Positions 38,687-51,088 of a stretch of DNA of 64,000 bases are shown one piece after another. Within the stretch, counting starts at the first letter, position 1. Each line of letters opens with the position of its first letter. Both the position numbers and the translations under genes were made by a program. A model generated the notes under the pieces. That model was not told where the DNA came from, searched no databases, and worked only from the letters and a program-made list of their open reading frames with translations. The stretch lies in contig OZ024741.1 in the NCBI GenBank assembly GCA_964016885.1, positions 23,002,001 to 23,066,000 on the forward strand, written 5' to 3'. Source of the stretch: Eledone cirrhosa. Its lineage: Eukaryota.

Positions 38687-39657
38687 CTGTTATGGAGAAT
38701 CAAAATTATTATTTTCTTTCAAATACACTAGAAAGAAATGGGCAATTATTTTTAGTAGAAGAGAAACTATTTGATTAAAAAAGAAATGCAGGTACTGTGA
38801 CACCAGTGTATGATATTCTCTAAGTCTGAGAAGCATTTATAATGGAAATTTTAAACATTTTGTGAGTGTTTTAATCATCATTTATTATGTAAACACACAG
38901 TATTTGACACAAAAAGTAAATTTACAGCACAAATTTAACTTTACAACTACACAAGCAGAGCTCAACTTTAGAATTACACAAACTGGGCTCAACTTTAGAA
39001 CTACACAAGCTGAGCTCAACTACATGTTAAGATAATCACTGGAAACAGGAGAAGTAAGTGTTTTGCAAACTATATAAACCAAAATATCATCATCATGCAT
39101 ACATATATGTAGGGTGGGGAATTAAGCATTTTAGATTTAGCACCAAATTATATATACAGTGGAATCTCGGTTCATAAATGCCTCTCATCAAGAACAAATT
39201 GGTTCAGGAACAATTTTTCCAAACATAAAACATCTCAGTTGACAAACAGTGTCTTGAGTAACAAACATGTAAGCTGGCAACAATAGTTGGCAACAAGCTT
39301 AGAATACCAGCTGGAAAGCATCACTTGCTGTGTAGTTAGTTACTATGGTGATATTTATCTGTCTTTCACATACAGTCTCTCTCTATCTCACTGTATTTCT
39401 CTCTGTAGGGGAAAAATAGTTCCAGTTTATGAATCTTTCGGGTGACATATGGCCTTTAGGAGTGAATTATGTTCATGAACTGAAGTTCTACTGTATTTAT
39501 GTTAAAGAACACAAAATGTAGAAACAAAGCTATATTTTATATTAATGGCAGTAACATTGACAACTTTGACTCATATATTTTCTAATTCATTCCCAGAAAA
39601 TAGAAAACTATTTTCTAAAATACTTTATTGAATTGTTTGTGTTGGTAAAGCAACTTA

Positions 39658-39876
<219 letters not shown>

Positions 39877-40265
39877 TTACACTTCATATCAGACAAACAT
39901 TAAACACAATTTATATAATACAATTTACAATGAAATCAATCATCATCATTTAATGTCTGTTTTCCCTACTAGCAGAGGTTGGGCAGGCCTTCACTGATTG
40001 TGTCAGTACTTAAACAGGGCTATTGACCTTGTAGTTAGGCCAAAGGTGTGCATCTCACTTACATATGGTCTCATGCTCTACCAAGGGCATTTTAGAGAGG
40101 TTGTCATGTTTTTTAACACAACTGGAGGGTGCTGCCAACCTTTTGTTTGGCAACCTTTAAATTATTATTACAATGCTAAAGAGAAATATATATAAACAGA
40201 AAAGGATGAAAGCCTTGACAGCTCTTAATTGGGAGTTTGTGTGTATATATTCTCAGGTCTTGAAT

Positions 40266-40386
40266 GATCTGAGTTCAAATCCCGCCGAGGTTAACTTTAC
40301 CTTTCATCCTTACGGGGTCGATAAAATAAAGTACCAGTAATACACTGGGATAATTGCTGGCCTTGTGCCAAAAGTAGAAACAATTA
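40266..40386 (+). mobile_element. SINE family A 3' part
   Basis: Contains gagttcaaatcccgccgaggttaactt...gtagaaacaatta. Confidence 0.75.
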
Positions 40387-41195
40387 TATTTTAGCTACAT
40401 AAATGTTCAAAAGGCTGAAGAGATGATCCTTATTATTAAGATTTTAATAGATAATTGCATACAACGCTAAATTTTATTCACTATCTTTTGTTGCCTTATA
40501 ATTTCTTTGAGAATTTCAATATACATTTGCTGAAGAATATATTCATTCTGTAGCTTGGTTGGTGTTAGGAAGGTCTCCCAGCCATAAAAACCCTGGCAAA
40601 AATGGTTGGGAGGACTTTTCTGTCATGACATAATCTCTTTAGTGCCAGTGCCATGAAAATTGCACCCAGTACATCCTGTAATGTGGTTGATGATAGAATG
40701 CACATCCAACTATAGAAACCATGTCTTAAAGGGTTGAGATGACTCTTCAGTTATCTCAAAGACACAACAACTTCTAGTGTTGGTGACACGATAAAGCAAA
40801 CCCAGTACATTCTGTAACATGGTTAATGATATGAAGTGCCTCTAGTTGTAGAAAACTTGCCAAACAAAGTATCAAGAGGACTCTTTAGGTTGAGGTCCTC
40901 ATCTCTGATCGAAGCCATGACAGCCTCCCTAGTACTGGGGCCATGATAAAATACCCCCAGCACATTCTGTAATCTGTGAGAACATGTGTAAGGGAGATGA
41001 GGACCCCAATCCTTGCAGGGAAAATGGATGTTGAGGGTGATGATTGCTTGATTGTATAGGAAATACTGATTTATGTAACAGAGAAATGTTTCTGAAAACT
41101 GCATAAGTAAAGAGATATAGTCTACAAGAGTTAAATCTCACTTAAAAGATGGTATTACACTAACAACAATGGAAGTATAAATGTAAAACTTTTAC

Positions 41196-41689
41196 CTTTC
41201 TTTAATTGTATTAACAGTTTTTTGCCAATTCTTCGAGTATTTGTGGAAGCACTAAAAGCAGATTTGTCCCTCGTTGACAAAGCAGTGGTGGGGTGTCTGG
41301 CTGGCACTGCAGGGGGTACTTTTTTAGTAGGTGAAGATGGATTAGATTCTTCTTCTTCACTTGTAGAATTTGATGAACTCTTTAAATATAAATCATTTTC
41401 TTTATTATCAAAGGCACTTTGGTTGTCATGTGGGGAGAGGATTGAATGCTGGGTTTCAGCTAAATTGTCTATGTCTTGAGAAAGCTCAGTAGCAGCAGTT
41501 TTTGTTTTTTCAACATCTGTAGTGGAAGGAAGTTTTGGTGGTTTTGATTTAGGTAAGGGCTTTTGATTCCGAACTGTTGGTTTTGGAAGCAATGGAGGAG
41601 GTTTTTTGGGTAATGGGGGTGGGATGGATTTTAGCACCTTTAGTTGAATTTCATTAGTTTTCATAGCATCTCGGAAAATGTTCTGTGCA
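41196..41689 (-). CDS. PARD3: Par-3 exon: end of PDZ1, proline-rich linker, start of PDZ2 (AQNIFRDAMK...TNTRRIGKKLLIQLKK)
   Basis: Lies within ORF 41155-41736. AG/GT boundaries, phase 2-1. NTRRIGKKLLIQLKKG matches the Par-3 segment just before PDZ2. Confidence 0.93.
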
Positions 41690-41949
41690 CTATTTAAAAC
41701 AAAAATAGTTAAGAGGTAAAAAAAATTTAATTGCATAGAAGTGTAAATATTTTGTTAATATATGAAACATTAAGGAAATTCAAAATTTGAGAATGTGTTA
41801 GCCACTATGCAGACAACTGTAAGTAATAGGTAATAACTATAAATAGTTAAATAAGTCAGGTAAAATACCTTTGGAGATGGAAAAAAGTGGACAAGGATGT
41901 TTGCAAGAATCAATCCATATAACCCTCATTGCTAAGTTGCATCTCCCTC

Positions 41950-42095
41950 GGCCGCCTATTTATCCGATGTAGATGAATCCACACAGCGAACAACAAAGGA
42001 CATAGACAACATTGGTGGAGGAACAGGTGAAAGAGGGATTGATGTGGAAGGAATGATGGTTTCGACCAGTAAGGGTGGTGAGGTTGGCAATGAAT
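41950..42095 (-). mobile_element. Penelope-like GIY-YIG endonuclease pseudogene fragment
   Basis: Translates as HSFHINPSFTCSSTNVVYVLCCSLCGFIYIG*IG. A hammerhead-family fold-back sits next to it at 42105-42166. Confidence 0.75.
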
Positions 42096-42616
42096 ATATA
42101 TATATAACTTCTACAGGACTAGAACTATTTCATTTGTGTGGAACAGTCCTAGTCCTGTAGAAGTTATTTCTATACATATAAAAGAGATATATTCCTTACC
42201 AATGTATTGAGTATCTTTTTTAAATGTGGCTACCCACCGACACCACTTCGTGTGTTTATTCATAGAACAATGAAAATAAAACAAAAGTCAGGGATAGGTA
42301 GTTAATTACTTCATTGTTTTACGATTGTTTCAGAGTGTTGATTGATATATCAACTAGCATGGGTTACGTTACTACCTGTTTCATCATCATCATTTTACAT
42401 CCGCTTTTCCCTGCTTGCAAGGGTGGGACAGGTCCTATTCAGCAAGCATCTCTCCACTTGTCACGGTCCTTCGTCATCTCCTCCGTGAGTTTCAGCCATC
42501 TGAGATCTGCTCTCACCACCTCTGCTAGCTTCAAAATCCCTGATTGATCGAACCATCTTCAGCAGTGTATGTATGTATATAATTACATAGATGCACATAT
42601 AAAAATATATATTTAC

Positions 42617-42742
42617 TTGTCAAAAGAGATTCCCATAAGATTAACTCCATTAATCTCCACAATGCGATCATCAGCTTTGAGTCTTCCATCACAACCTATT
42701 TTACTGCCAGGTTCAATGTGTTGTACAAGAAGACCAGTTTCC
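42617..42742 (-). CDS. PARD3: Par-3 exon, PDZ1 C-half (ETGLLVQHIEPGSKIGCDGRLKADDRIVEINGVNLMGISFD)
   Basis: Acceptor ttccag and donor gtaaat, 126 nt, phase 2-2. Carries the PDZ signature GRLKADDRIVEING. Confidence 0.93.
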
Positions 42743-42787
42743 CTGGAAACCATCATGGCAGACATTATAGAAAACAAAAACAAAGAA

Positions 42788-43090
<303 letters not shown>

Positions 43091-43444
43091 TGTGTAAAAT
43101 CCTGACCGCAGCACCAAACAGTAGTGACAAGTTAGACAAGTTGCCCCATTGTGAGTCAAGTCAGGTCAGATGACCATATCTTGCTCATACAAAACTGTTT
43201 TTAGCTTGGTTCCTATGTCTGGATGCCCTTTCTAACACTAACCACATTTACAGTGTTGACAATTTGGCAGCAGCAGTAAAAACTATCTGATGCACCATTG
43301 CAGCTCATGTGCAACATCTACAGTTAAATTTGTCAGTCCTGTATTGCCCATTGCCATAAAGAGGAACATCACCAGCTTTGATGGACTACGAAGTATAGAA
43401 CATTCTTATAATAATACTTTTGATCACCAACTACATCATCATAA

Positions 43445-43661
43445 TACACTTACACACCGGCTACACTTACACACCGCCCACACTTACAACCCAGATACAC
43501 TTACACATCTACGACACTTACACACCCTGCCACACCTACACACCCAGATACACTTACACACCCGGCCACACTTACACACCGCCTACACTCATACACCAGC
43601 TGCACTTACAACCCAGATACACTTATAACCCAGATACACTTACACACCCAGAAACACTTAC
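43445..43661 (-). repeat. imperfect 17-18-bp repeat, most units containing GTAAGT on the gene strand
   Basis: acttac occurs at 43448, 43465, 43482, 43499, 43516, 43552, 43570, 43604, 43638 and at the true donor 43656. Confidence 0.85.
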
Positions 43662-43760
43662 CTTTCATCATCATCATCATCATCATCATCATAAGCTGGC
43701 AGGACATGAATCCCAAGAGGTTTACCATCATTTTTCAAAGTTACAATGATTTCCAGTTCT
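43662..43760 (-). CDS. PARD3: Par-3 exon, PDZ1 N-half (ELEIIVTLKNDGKPLGIHVLPAYDDDDDDDDER)
   Basis: Acceptor ttgcag and donor gtaagt, 99 nt, phase 2-2. DGKPLGIHV matches the Par-3 PDZ1 DGGPLGIHV loop. Confidence 0.92.
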
Positions 43761-43934
43761 CTGCAATGATTTATATTTCAACAAATGAAATATTCCACAT
43801 AGAAAATATCAAAATACGTAAATACAGGAAAATAAACTAAACCACATACAGTCATGTTAAGAACTAAACTACTGAAAATGGAATTATAAAAGAATTTTAA
43901 AATAGCACTCATAAAACTACATATTTTCTAGACT

Positions 43935-44180
43935 CAGCAAGACTCTCCAGCCATCTATTTAAAACTGTATACAGCTATGGTACGACCACACTTGGAATTC
44001 GCATCATCAGTCTGGAACCCCTACCTTGCTCATTGACCTCCTGGAAACTGTTCAGAGACGTGCAACCAAGCTCATACCCTCCATCAGACACCTACCATAC
44101 TCTGAATGCCTTGCTTCCCTGGGCATGGATTCATTGAAGCTCCGACGCCTGGCAATGGACTTGGTAATCACCCACAAAGT
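43935..44180 (+). mobile_element. CR1 LINE RT C-terminal fragment
   Basis: Translates as LKLYTAMVRPHLEFASSVWNPY...LETVQRRATKLIPSIRHLPY. Confidence 0.85.
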
Positions 44181-44660
44181 TATAATAAAGAAAGGAGTGC
44201 AGCACTACATCCAGAATATATTTTTTTATCCCGTTTGTAAAATAAGTTGGATTACTTTGAATAAATAATGAATGAATATTACATAATTTATCTACTAAAT
44301 TTCGTTATTCTTGATTAAATATAATTTTGTTGCTTATTTAAAAATTCACTTCTTTAAAATTTTCAAATGTCAACACTTCCGGTTAACAATCGCTTAAATA
44401 AACATTCATATATTTCCGTCACTAATTTTCTCCTAATGCAGTTTATATATAATATCGTCTTTTTTTAAATGTATCATGGATTACGTTACTGATTACATAA
44501 GACAGTGTAATGCAGTCTTCGTTCAATTTCTGTGTATATTGTCAATTACGATTTTATTTGATTTATCATATCTACTTGCATGTATACTTGCGTATAATAT
44601 CAATATACACACTACACAGGCTAGCAGAAAAACCACCTGAAGGGTGGTTTTTCTGCTAGT
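44181..44660 (+). mobile_element. non-autonomous Helitron-like element, uninterrupted copy
   Basis: Second copy of 37864-38462, with the terminal hairpin and CTAG|T. Confidence 0.65.
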
Positions 44661-44675
44661 GTATATAATACTCAC

Positions 44676-44740
44676 TTTTCAGCAACATCATTATCTTTAT
44701 ATTTTTCGGTAGTAACAACTGCATCTCTGCCATTTTGTGT
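44676..44740 (-). CDS. PARD3: Par-3 exon just upstream of PDZ1 (TQNGRDAVVTTEKYKDNDVAEK)
   Basis: Acceptor ctttcag and donor gtgagt. The 65-nt exon ends in phase 2 and splices in frame to the PDZ1 exon. The peptide itself is not diagnostic. Confidence 0.7.
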
Positions 44741-44955
44741 CTGAAAGGACAAGATTGGAAAGAAGAAAAAAATATAGAATAGATTTTTAAAGATCATTTA
44801 AATAGAGTCAGACCATTTAATTTTTGCTGCTCACAATATAAAGATTCCAATAATACAGTCAAATAAAAACATTAAATAAATATATAAAACAAATAACATT
44901 TTCAGACTTCATGTTTGAGAGAGAGAGAGAAAGAGAAAGAGAAAGAGAAAGAGAG

Positions 44956-45053
<98 letters not shown>

Positions 45054-45087
45054 TGTCTGTGTCTGTGTATATATATATATATATATA

Positions 45088-46007
45088 TGGGGGAGGGTGC
45101 TCTGAAAGTACAGTAGCTAGAGTCAGAACGGGATGGAAAAAGTTCAGAGAGCTTATAGCACTATTGGCCGCTAAAGGGTTCTCTCTAAAAATGAAAGATA
45201 GGCTGTATGATGCCTGCATACAAACAGCAATGTTACATAGCAGTGAGACCTGGGCATTGTGTGCAGAGGATATACGCAGACTAGAGAGGAACGAAGCTTG
45301 CATGCTCTGCTGGATGTGTAATAGTAATATACGTGAACGGCAAAGCATAAACGAACTCAGGGAGAAATTAGGAATAAGAGGGATCAGATGTTGTTTACTC
45401 AAGAGAAGACTACATTGGTACAGTCACGTGATGTGCATGAAAGACGAAAGCTGTATAAAAAAGTGCAGGGCGATAAAAATAGATGGTAGCCACAGAGTAG
45501 GCAGACCCAGAAAAACCTGGGACAACTTGATAAATTCCGACCTCACACACTTACACCTCTCCAAGACAATGTCACTGGACCGAGACCTTTGGCGCTACAC
45601 AGTTATACAGAAGACACGCCTTGCCTAAATACAAAGTAAAACCTACTACAGTCAGTAGGCACCTCTAACAAAATACACCCCCGTCCCACTACCCCCACCC
45701 ATCCACACCACCCCTTTAAATGTGAAGTTATGTTGGTACCACAACATCCAGTCCAAAACAAATGAGGTCGTGTTGGTGTCACGACAAAAAACACACAGTC
45801 CACGCTGTAATGTGGCCGTGTAGGTAACATGGTAAAAACCTCCCAGTACACACTGTAAACGTGGTTGGTGTTAGGAAGGGCATCCAGCCGTAGAAAACCC
45901 GCCACACAGTCCTGAGCAAGACAACCAATCTTACCTCAAGTGGGAAAATTCCCGTCCAAACCCATGCAAGCGTGGAACATGGACGTTAAACGATGATGAT
46001 GATGATG
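45088..46007 (+). mobile_element. 5'-truncated RTE LINE
   Basis: Encodes [21 protein letters not shown]...GRPRKTW, followed by a 3' UTR and (gat)n tail. It begins in a (TA)n tract. Confidence 0.92.
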
Positions 46008-48639
46008 ATATATATATATATGCACACACAGACTTTAGGATTCATTCATGGCACGCCCGATTGGCAAAAATAACAAAAAGGACCAAAGACCATTTGAGAT
46101 CTAAATGATATTAAGAAGTGCTGGGCTGAATATTTCATGAACCGTTTAAGAAATTCTTCCATTATAAAGAGAAGAATATCAGTTCACTTCCTCAACTATA
46201 CGTCCTGTACAACATCAAACCACATTAGTAAGACATTCTTGAAAAGTACAAAACTGTATTATGATTAGATCCCATTAACTCCTAACATGCTGTACCACAT
46301 TGGTAAAGCATTCTTGATAAATATAATCTATATGTCCTGTACCACACGAAACCACACTAGTAAGGAATTCTTGAAAAGTATAAAACACCACTATGGCTGT
46401 ATCACATAAAAAATGCAAATTTTCACAATGATCTCTAGGAAAGATACTATAAACATTTGAATTAGCCCATTTTTTTTTTAGATATTTTCTGCTAAATCAT
46501 TACAGGATGTTATGGATTGATTATCTTTCAAAAGATGGATTATAATCATCATCGTTTAACGTCCATCTTCCATGCTAGCATGGGTTAACTACAATTTAAT
46601 TCACAGTTGTATAAATAACATTACAAATTGTTCACAATTCTTTCAGAATGAAAATATAAACACACATAATAAGTACAATTAACTGTTACTAAGAACCTTA
46701 CAAATATAACACCAAAATATATGATTAAAGTGAGAGAGAAAAAAAGGGGAGACAAAAACAAAAACAACCATCAATTCACCACCAAGTGCGACAATCAGTC
46801 ACATCTTACATCACAAGGGTCAATGGAAATTTCTGGGGCTGGCCAACACTCTCGCAGTATTACCGTAGGTGATGGAGAGGCTAAGGCGCTGCAACAACCA
46901 AGTACCTCACAGGCACCACCTGACAATTCAAGAAATCAGTCAGATAAGAAATGGAAAAGCTGCTGGTATTGATGAAATCCCTTGGAAATTCTTTGATGTG
47001 GAAGTGATAAACTGGTCGCCTGATAGATGATGTTTGGCAGTGATTACCCTTCCATCAAAACTAGAAAAATGCTATTATGTTGTTACTGTATAAAGATAAA
47101 GGTAAGACAACAGAATGTGGAAACTATTGGTATATCTTTTTACTTTCAGTCATTGGGAAGATCAAGGGATCACCTAAATGGACTCCTCCATCTTGTGAGA
47201 CCATTTGTCTTAATGGAAAGACAATGTAGCTTTACAGCAGGAAGGGAAAGGACATAATCTTTATTGCAGGAGAAATGTATTGAACTCTGTGTTAATCTTT
47301 ATCAGGTGTTTATTGATCTTTTGAAAGATTTAGTCACAGTTAATAATACACTCTGAATTGTATAAAGGTTAGCTGTAAATACAAAATTTGTTGATTTTCA
47401 ATGCACTTTGCTATCTACACAGAACATATCAGTGAATTTGGTACTATCGTTTGTGTACAGATTTTACATTCACTATTAGTTTCAATGACTCAGGATGGTA
47501 ACAAACAAAACTCTCTATAAGGATTGGTGACCTCAGCCTCCTCCCATCTTACAGTGTCGCATTGCTGGCCCATTTTCTCTCCATCTTTAACTGTGCACTC
47601 ATCTACAAGATTCTCCAAAACACATTGAAGTCTAATGTGGACCATGACCCAGCGGTGATGCTGGATGTCTGGGTTTATGATGGCGTCATTGTTTTCCAGT
47701 ACGCAGCTTAACATGACTGGGGCAATATAAAATACAGTTCAACCTGCATGAGAATCAAGTCTTCCCTTGATCAACACTGTCTCACCTGCCATCAGACAGC
47801 CTCGCAACTAAACTGATGCATGGCTCTATTCAGTGCCTTTTTCATCAATTGGTACCCTTCTTGATGATGAGAGCTCATACATCAGAGTTGCTTAACACCT
47901 TGGCCCTATGTGTGTATGACCCAAAATACTGCTGTTGAGCTATTGTTGGTGGGTTTGGACTACACTTGATCTTGTCATTGAGCTATTGTTGGTGGGTTTA
48001 GACTCCACTTGATCTTGTCATCACAGTACAGGATATTTCCATTGCTATGGATGATATCATTAAAAGCAGTCTCAAGGATCCTAGTTTCTCATAAAAACTG
48101 GAACTTGCCAGCCTTTATCTCAGTGATGATAGATGTCTGAATGGGATAACTCTCATTTGAATGAGGCAATGGTCAACGAAGGGCTAATGTGCTGGTAGTT
48201 ACTCTTACAAGCAAGTAGTGGCATTCCTGTAATCACTGCTCATAGTAGAGGTTCTGGTGGTGGTGGTGGATTTGAGCCTCTGTGGGCAAATGCCACACAA
48301 TAACCCAAGTGACCTGAAACTGGAGCAGGAAGAGCAGTGTATGGACAGTTGATGGAAGGGAATTTAAATGGTGAGGTATCAGTGAAGTGGAGATGATGGT
48401 ACTGGGAATGAAGATAAGGTTGTAAGTAATTGTGATTAGCCATGTGATGGATGGTATAGATGTAGTGATGAATATGATTAGGATTGGCTGTTTGGGAGGC
48501 ATTACAGTCAGTGAGGAAGGGATAGTGTTTGGTGGTGTGGAGGCACTATGTGCCATGAGCGTGCAGCAGGAGTGTGAGAAAAGAGCCCCCCCCCTCCTTT
48601 TTTTTTGGCTCAACCCAAGCCAGGAAAAAATATAAGGGG

Positions 48640-48850
48640 TTACTGAGAAGGGAGGACAAGATAGAGAGGATAGCAAGTGATGTTGTTTCTGAAGTTTTGT
48701 AAATTGAAGTGGTCAGGAAAGCGAGAAGCTGGAAGAGAATTCCATGGGTGAGATATGTGAGTAAAGAAACTATTAGAAGAGAGATCGTGATTGTATTTAG
48801 GGATTTCAACTGTAAATGGATGAGACCTAATCACCAATCTGGTGGTCCGA
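48640..48850 (-). mobile_element. CR1/L2-like LINE 3' fragment
   Basis: Encodes SFFTHISHPWNSLPASRFP, a WNSLP terminal motif. Confidence 0.65.
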
Positions 48851-49005
48851 TTAAACTTCTATGTATGAGTCAACAAAGAGCATCAGAACAATTCCCATGA
48901 AAATATTTATAAAAAGGGCATATATATATATATCATCATCCTCGTTTAACGTCCACTTTCCACGCTAGCATGGGTTATATATATATACATACATACATAT
49001 ATATA

Positions 49006-50330
49006 TCATCATCATCATCATCGTTTTACGTCCGTTCTTCCACGCTAGCATGGGTTAGACGGGTTGTCCTGATGTGGGCAGTGTCTGGTCGCCTGACCAT
49101 GCCTTGCTCATACAGGAACTGATCTGGCTTGATTTCTACAGCTGGATGCCCTTCCTAACACCAACCTCATTTACAGTGTGCTGGGTGCTTTTTCGTGGCG
49201 GCTACACGTCCACTTTACAGTGTGGGCTGGGTGCTTTTATGCCGTGGCACCTCCACGACCACCTTGCGGTGGGGGGTGGGGGGCATATTGTCTATATGCT
49301 TCAGCTTGTACCCATGGGAGGTCGGGTACTCTGTATTACTGCGTGATGCCAGAAGTCACGGCCGTGTGTCATTGCCTTTGAGAGGTGTAATTGGGTAAGG
49401 TCGGCTTTTATCACCTCATCCCAGGTCATCTTGGGTCTCCCCACTCCGCGGTTTCCATCAACTTCTAGTGCTCTGCACCTTTTTATGCAGCTGTCATCCT
49501 TCATACGCATCACATGTCCATACCAGCGCAACCGCCTCTCCTGCACACAGCATTTGATTCCTCTTATGCTCAGTCTCTCTCTCAATTCATTTATGCTTTG
49601 TCGTTCACGTATATTACTGTTACACATCCATCGGAGCATGCAGGCTTCGTTTCTCTCTAATCTACGTAAGTCTTCCACCTTCAGCGACCAGGTCTCACTA
49701 CCATGTAACATTGTTGTTCGAATACACGCATCATACAGTCTGCCTTTCATTCTGAGGGAGAAGCCTTTTGCAGCTAGCAGTGGTAGTAGTTCCCTAAACT
49801 TCTTCCATCCCGTTCTTACCCTAGTTATTGTACTTTCTGAACACCCACCTCCGCTGCTAATTCGGTCACCTAGGTAGCAGAAGCTGTCTACTGTTTCTAC
49901 AGAGCCCTCCCAGAGATTGGTGGTACTTGTTTCCTGCTTGCTGTCTCAGCACAGCTGCTGCATGTGAAGCCTACATTCTTAATTAAGCTTCCTGAGATCC
50001 CGCTACGTCTCTTGTGTACCCATTGTTTGCATTTGGGGCAGAGAATGGAGTTCCTACCTACACCTTTCCTACATACTGAGCAAGGCCATTTCCCTGAAGG
50101 TATCTGGGTTCTGTTTTCTCATCTACTTACAAGGACCTTAGTCTTTGTCATGTTGACTTTGAGACCCTTTCTTTCTAGTCCCTGCTTCCAAGTTTGGAAT
50201 TTCTTCTCTAGTTCTACCATAGATTCAGTTATAAGTGCGAGGTCATCAGCATACAGGAGTTCCCATGGGCATCCGGTCTTAAACTCCTCCGTTATTGCCT
50301 GCAGGACTATGGTGGACCCCAACCTGTACG
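49006..50330 (-). mobile_element. RTE LINE fragment (second subfamily), frameshifted
   Basis: Contains WELLYADDLAL in ORF 50119-50418 and RRLRWYGHV in ORF 49301-49750, with a (gat)n tail. Confidence 0.92.
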
Positions 50331-50730
50331 CTAAATTCCTCGCTATACTCATTGCTAATCCTAACTTTATATATATATAAATGATAACGATATACATATA
50401 TATATATCTTGTAGGCACCTCTTAAGCACTATACTCCCTTGCATACATCCCCACGTCAGTCCACACCACCCTTACACTGTAAAGTTATGTTGGCATCCCC
50501 AAAAGCACCCAGTTCTCACTGTAAAGGGGTGTTGTAGGTGTCACAACAAAGAGCACCCAGTTCTTACTGTAAATGTGGTTGGCATTAGGAAGAGCATCCA
50601 GCTGTAGAAATCTAGCCAGAAATTGTTCTATATGAGCAAGACAGTCACCTGATCCAAGTTGCCTCATGATAGTGTGGAAAGTGGATGTTAAATGATGATG
50701 ATATGACAACATGACATATATATATATAGA

Positions 50731-50870
50731 TAGATGAGATTCTACAGGACTAGAACTGTTTCATTCTTTAGAAATCATCAGGTATCAGATTATATACAAA
50801 TCATCAGGAATGAGATTCCTGATGATTTCTAAAGAATGAAACAGTTCTAGTCCTGTAGAATCTCATCTAT
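50731..50870. ncRNA. fold-back with head-to-head type I hammerhead ribozymes
   Basis: Plus copy 50810-50866: atgagattc-CTGATGA-t-ttc(taaa)gaa-t-GAAA-cag(ttctagtc)ctg-TA-gaatctcat, with a 9-bp stem I and GUA triplet. Minus copy at about 50734-50786. Confidence 0.78.
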
Positions 50871-50948
50871 ATTAAAACTTTTATACTCGGCTATGTATTG
50901 AGTACCTTACTTACTGTGGTTACCTCCAATTCAACCCGGAATAACTTA

Positions 50949-50997
<49 letters not shown>

Positions 50998-51055
50998 GTA
51001 TGTATATATATATACACATATATATATACATTATATATATATTATATATACACAT

Positions 51056-51084
<29 letters not shown>

Positions 51085-51088
<4 letters not shown>

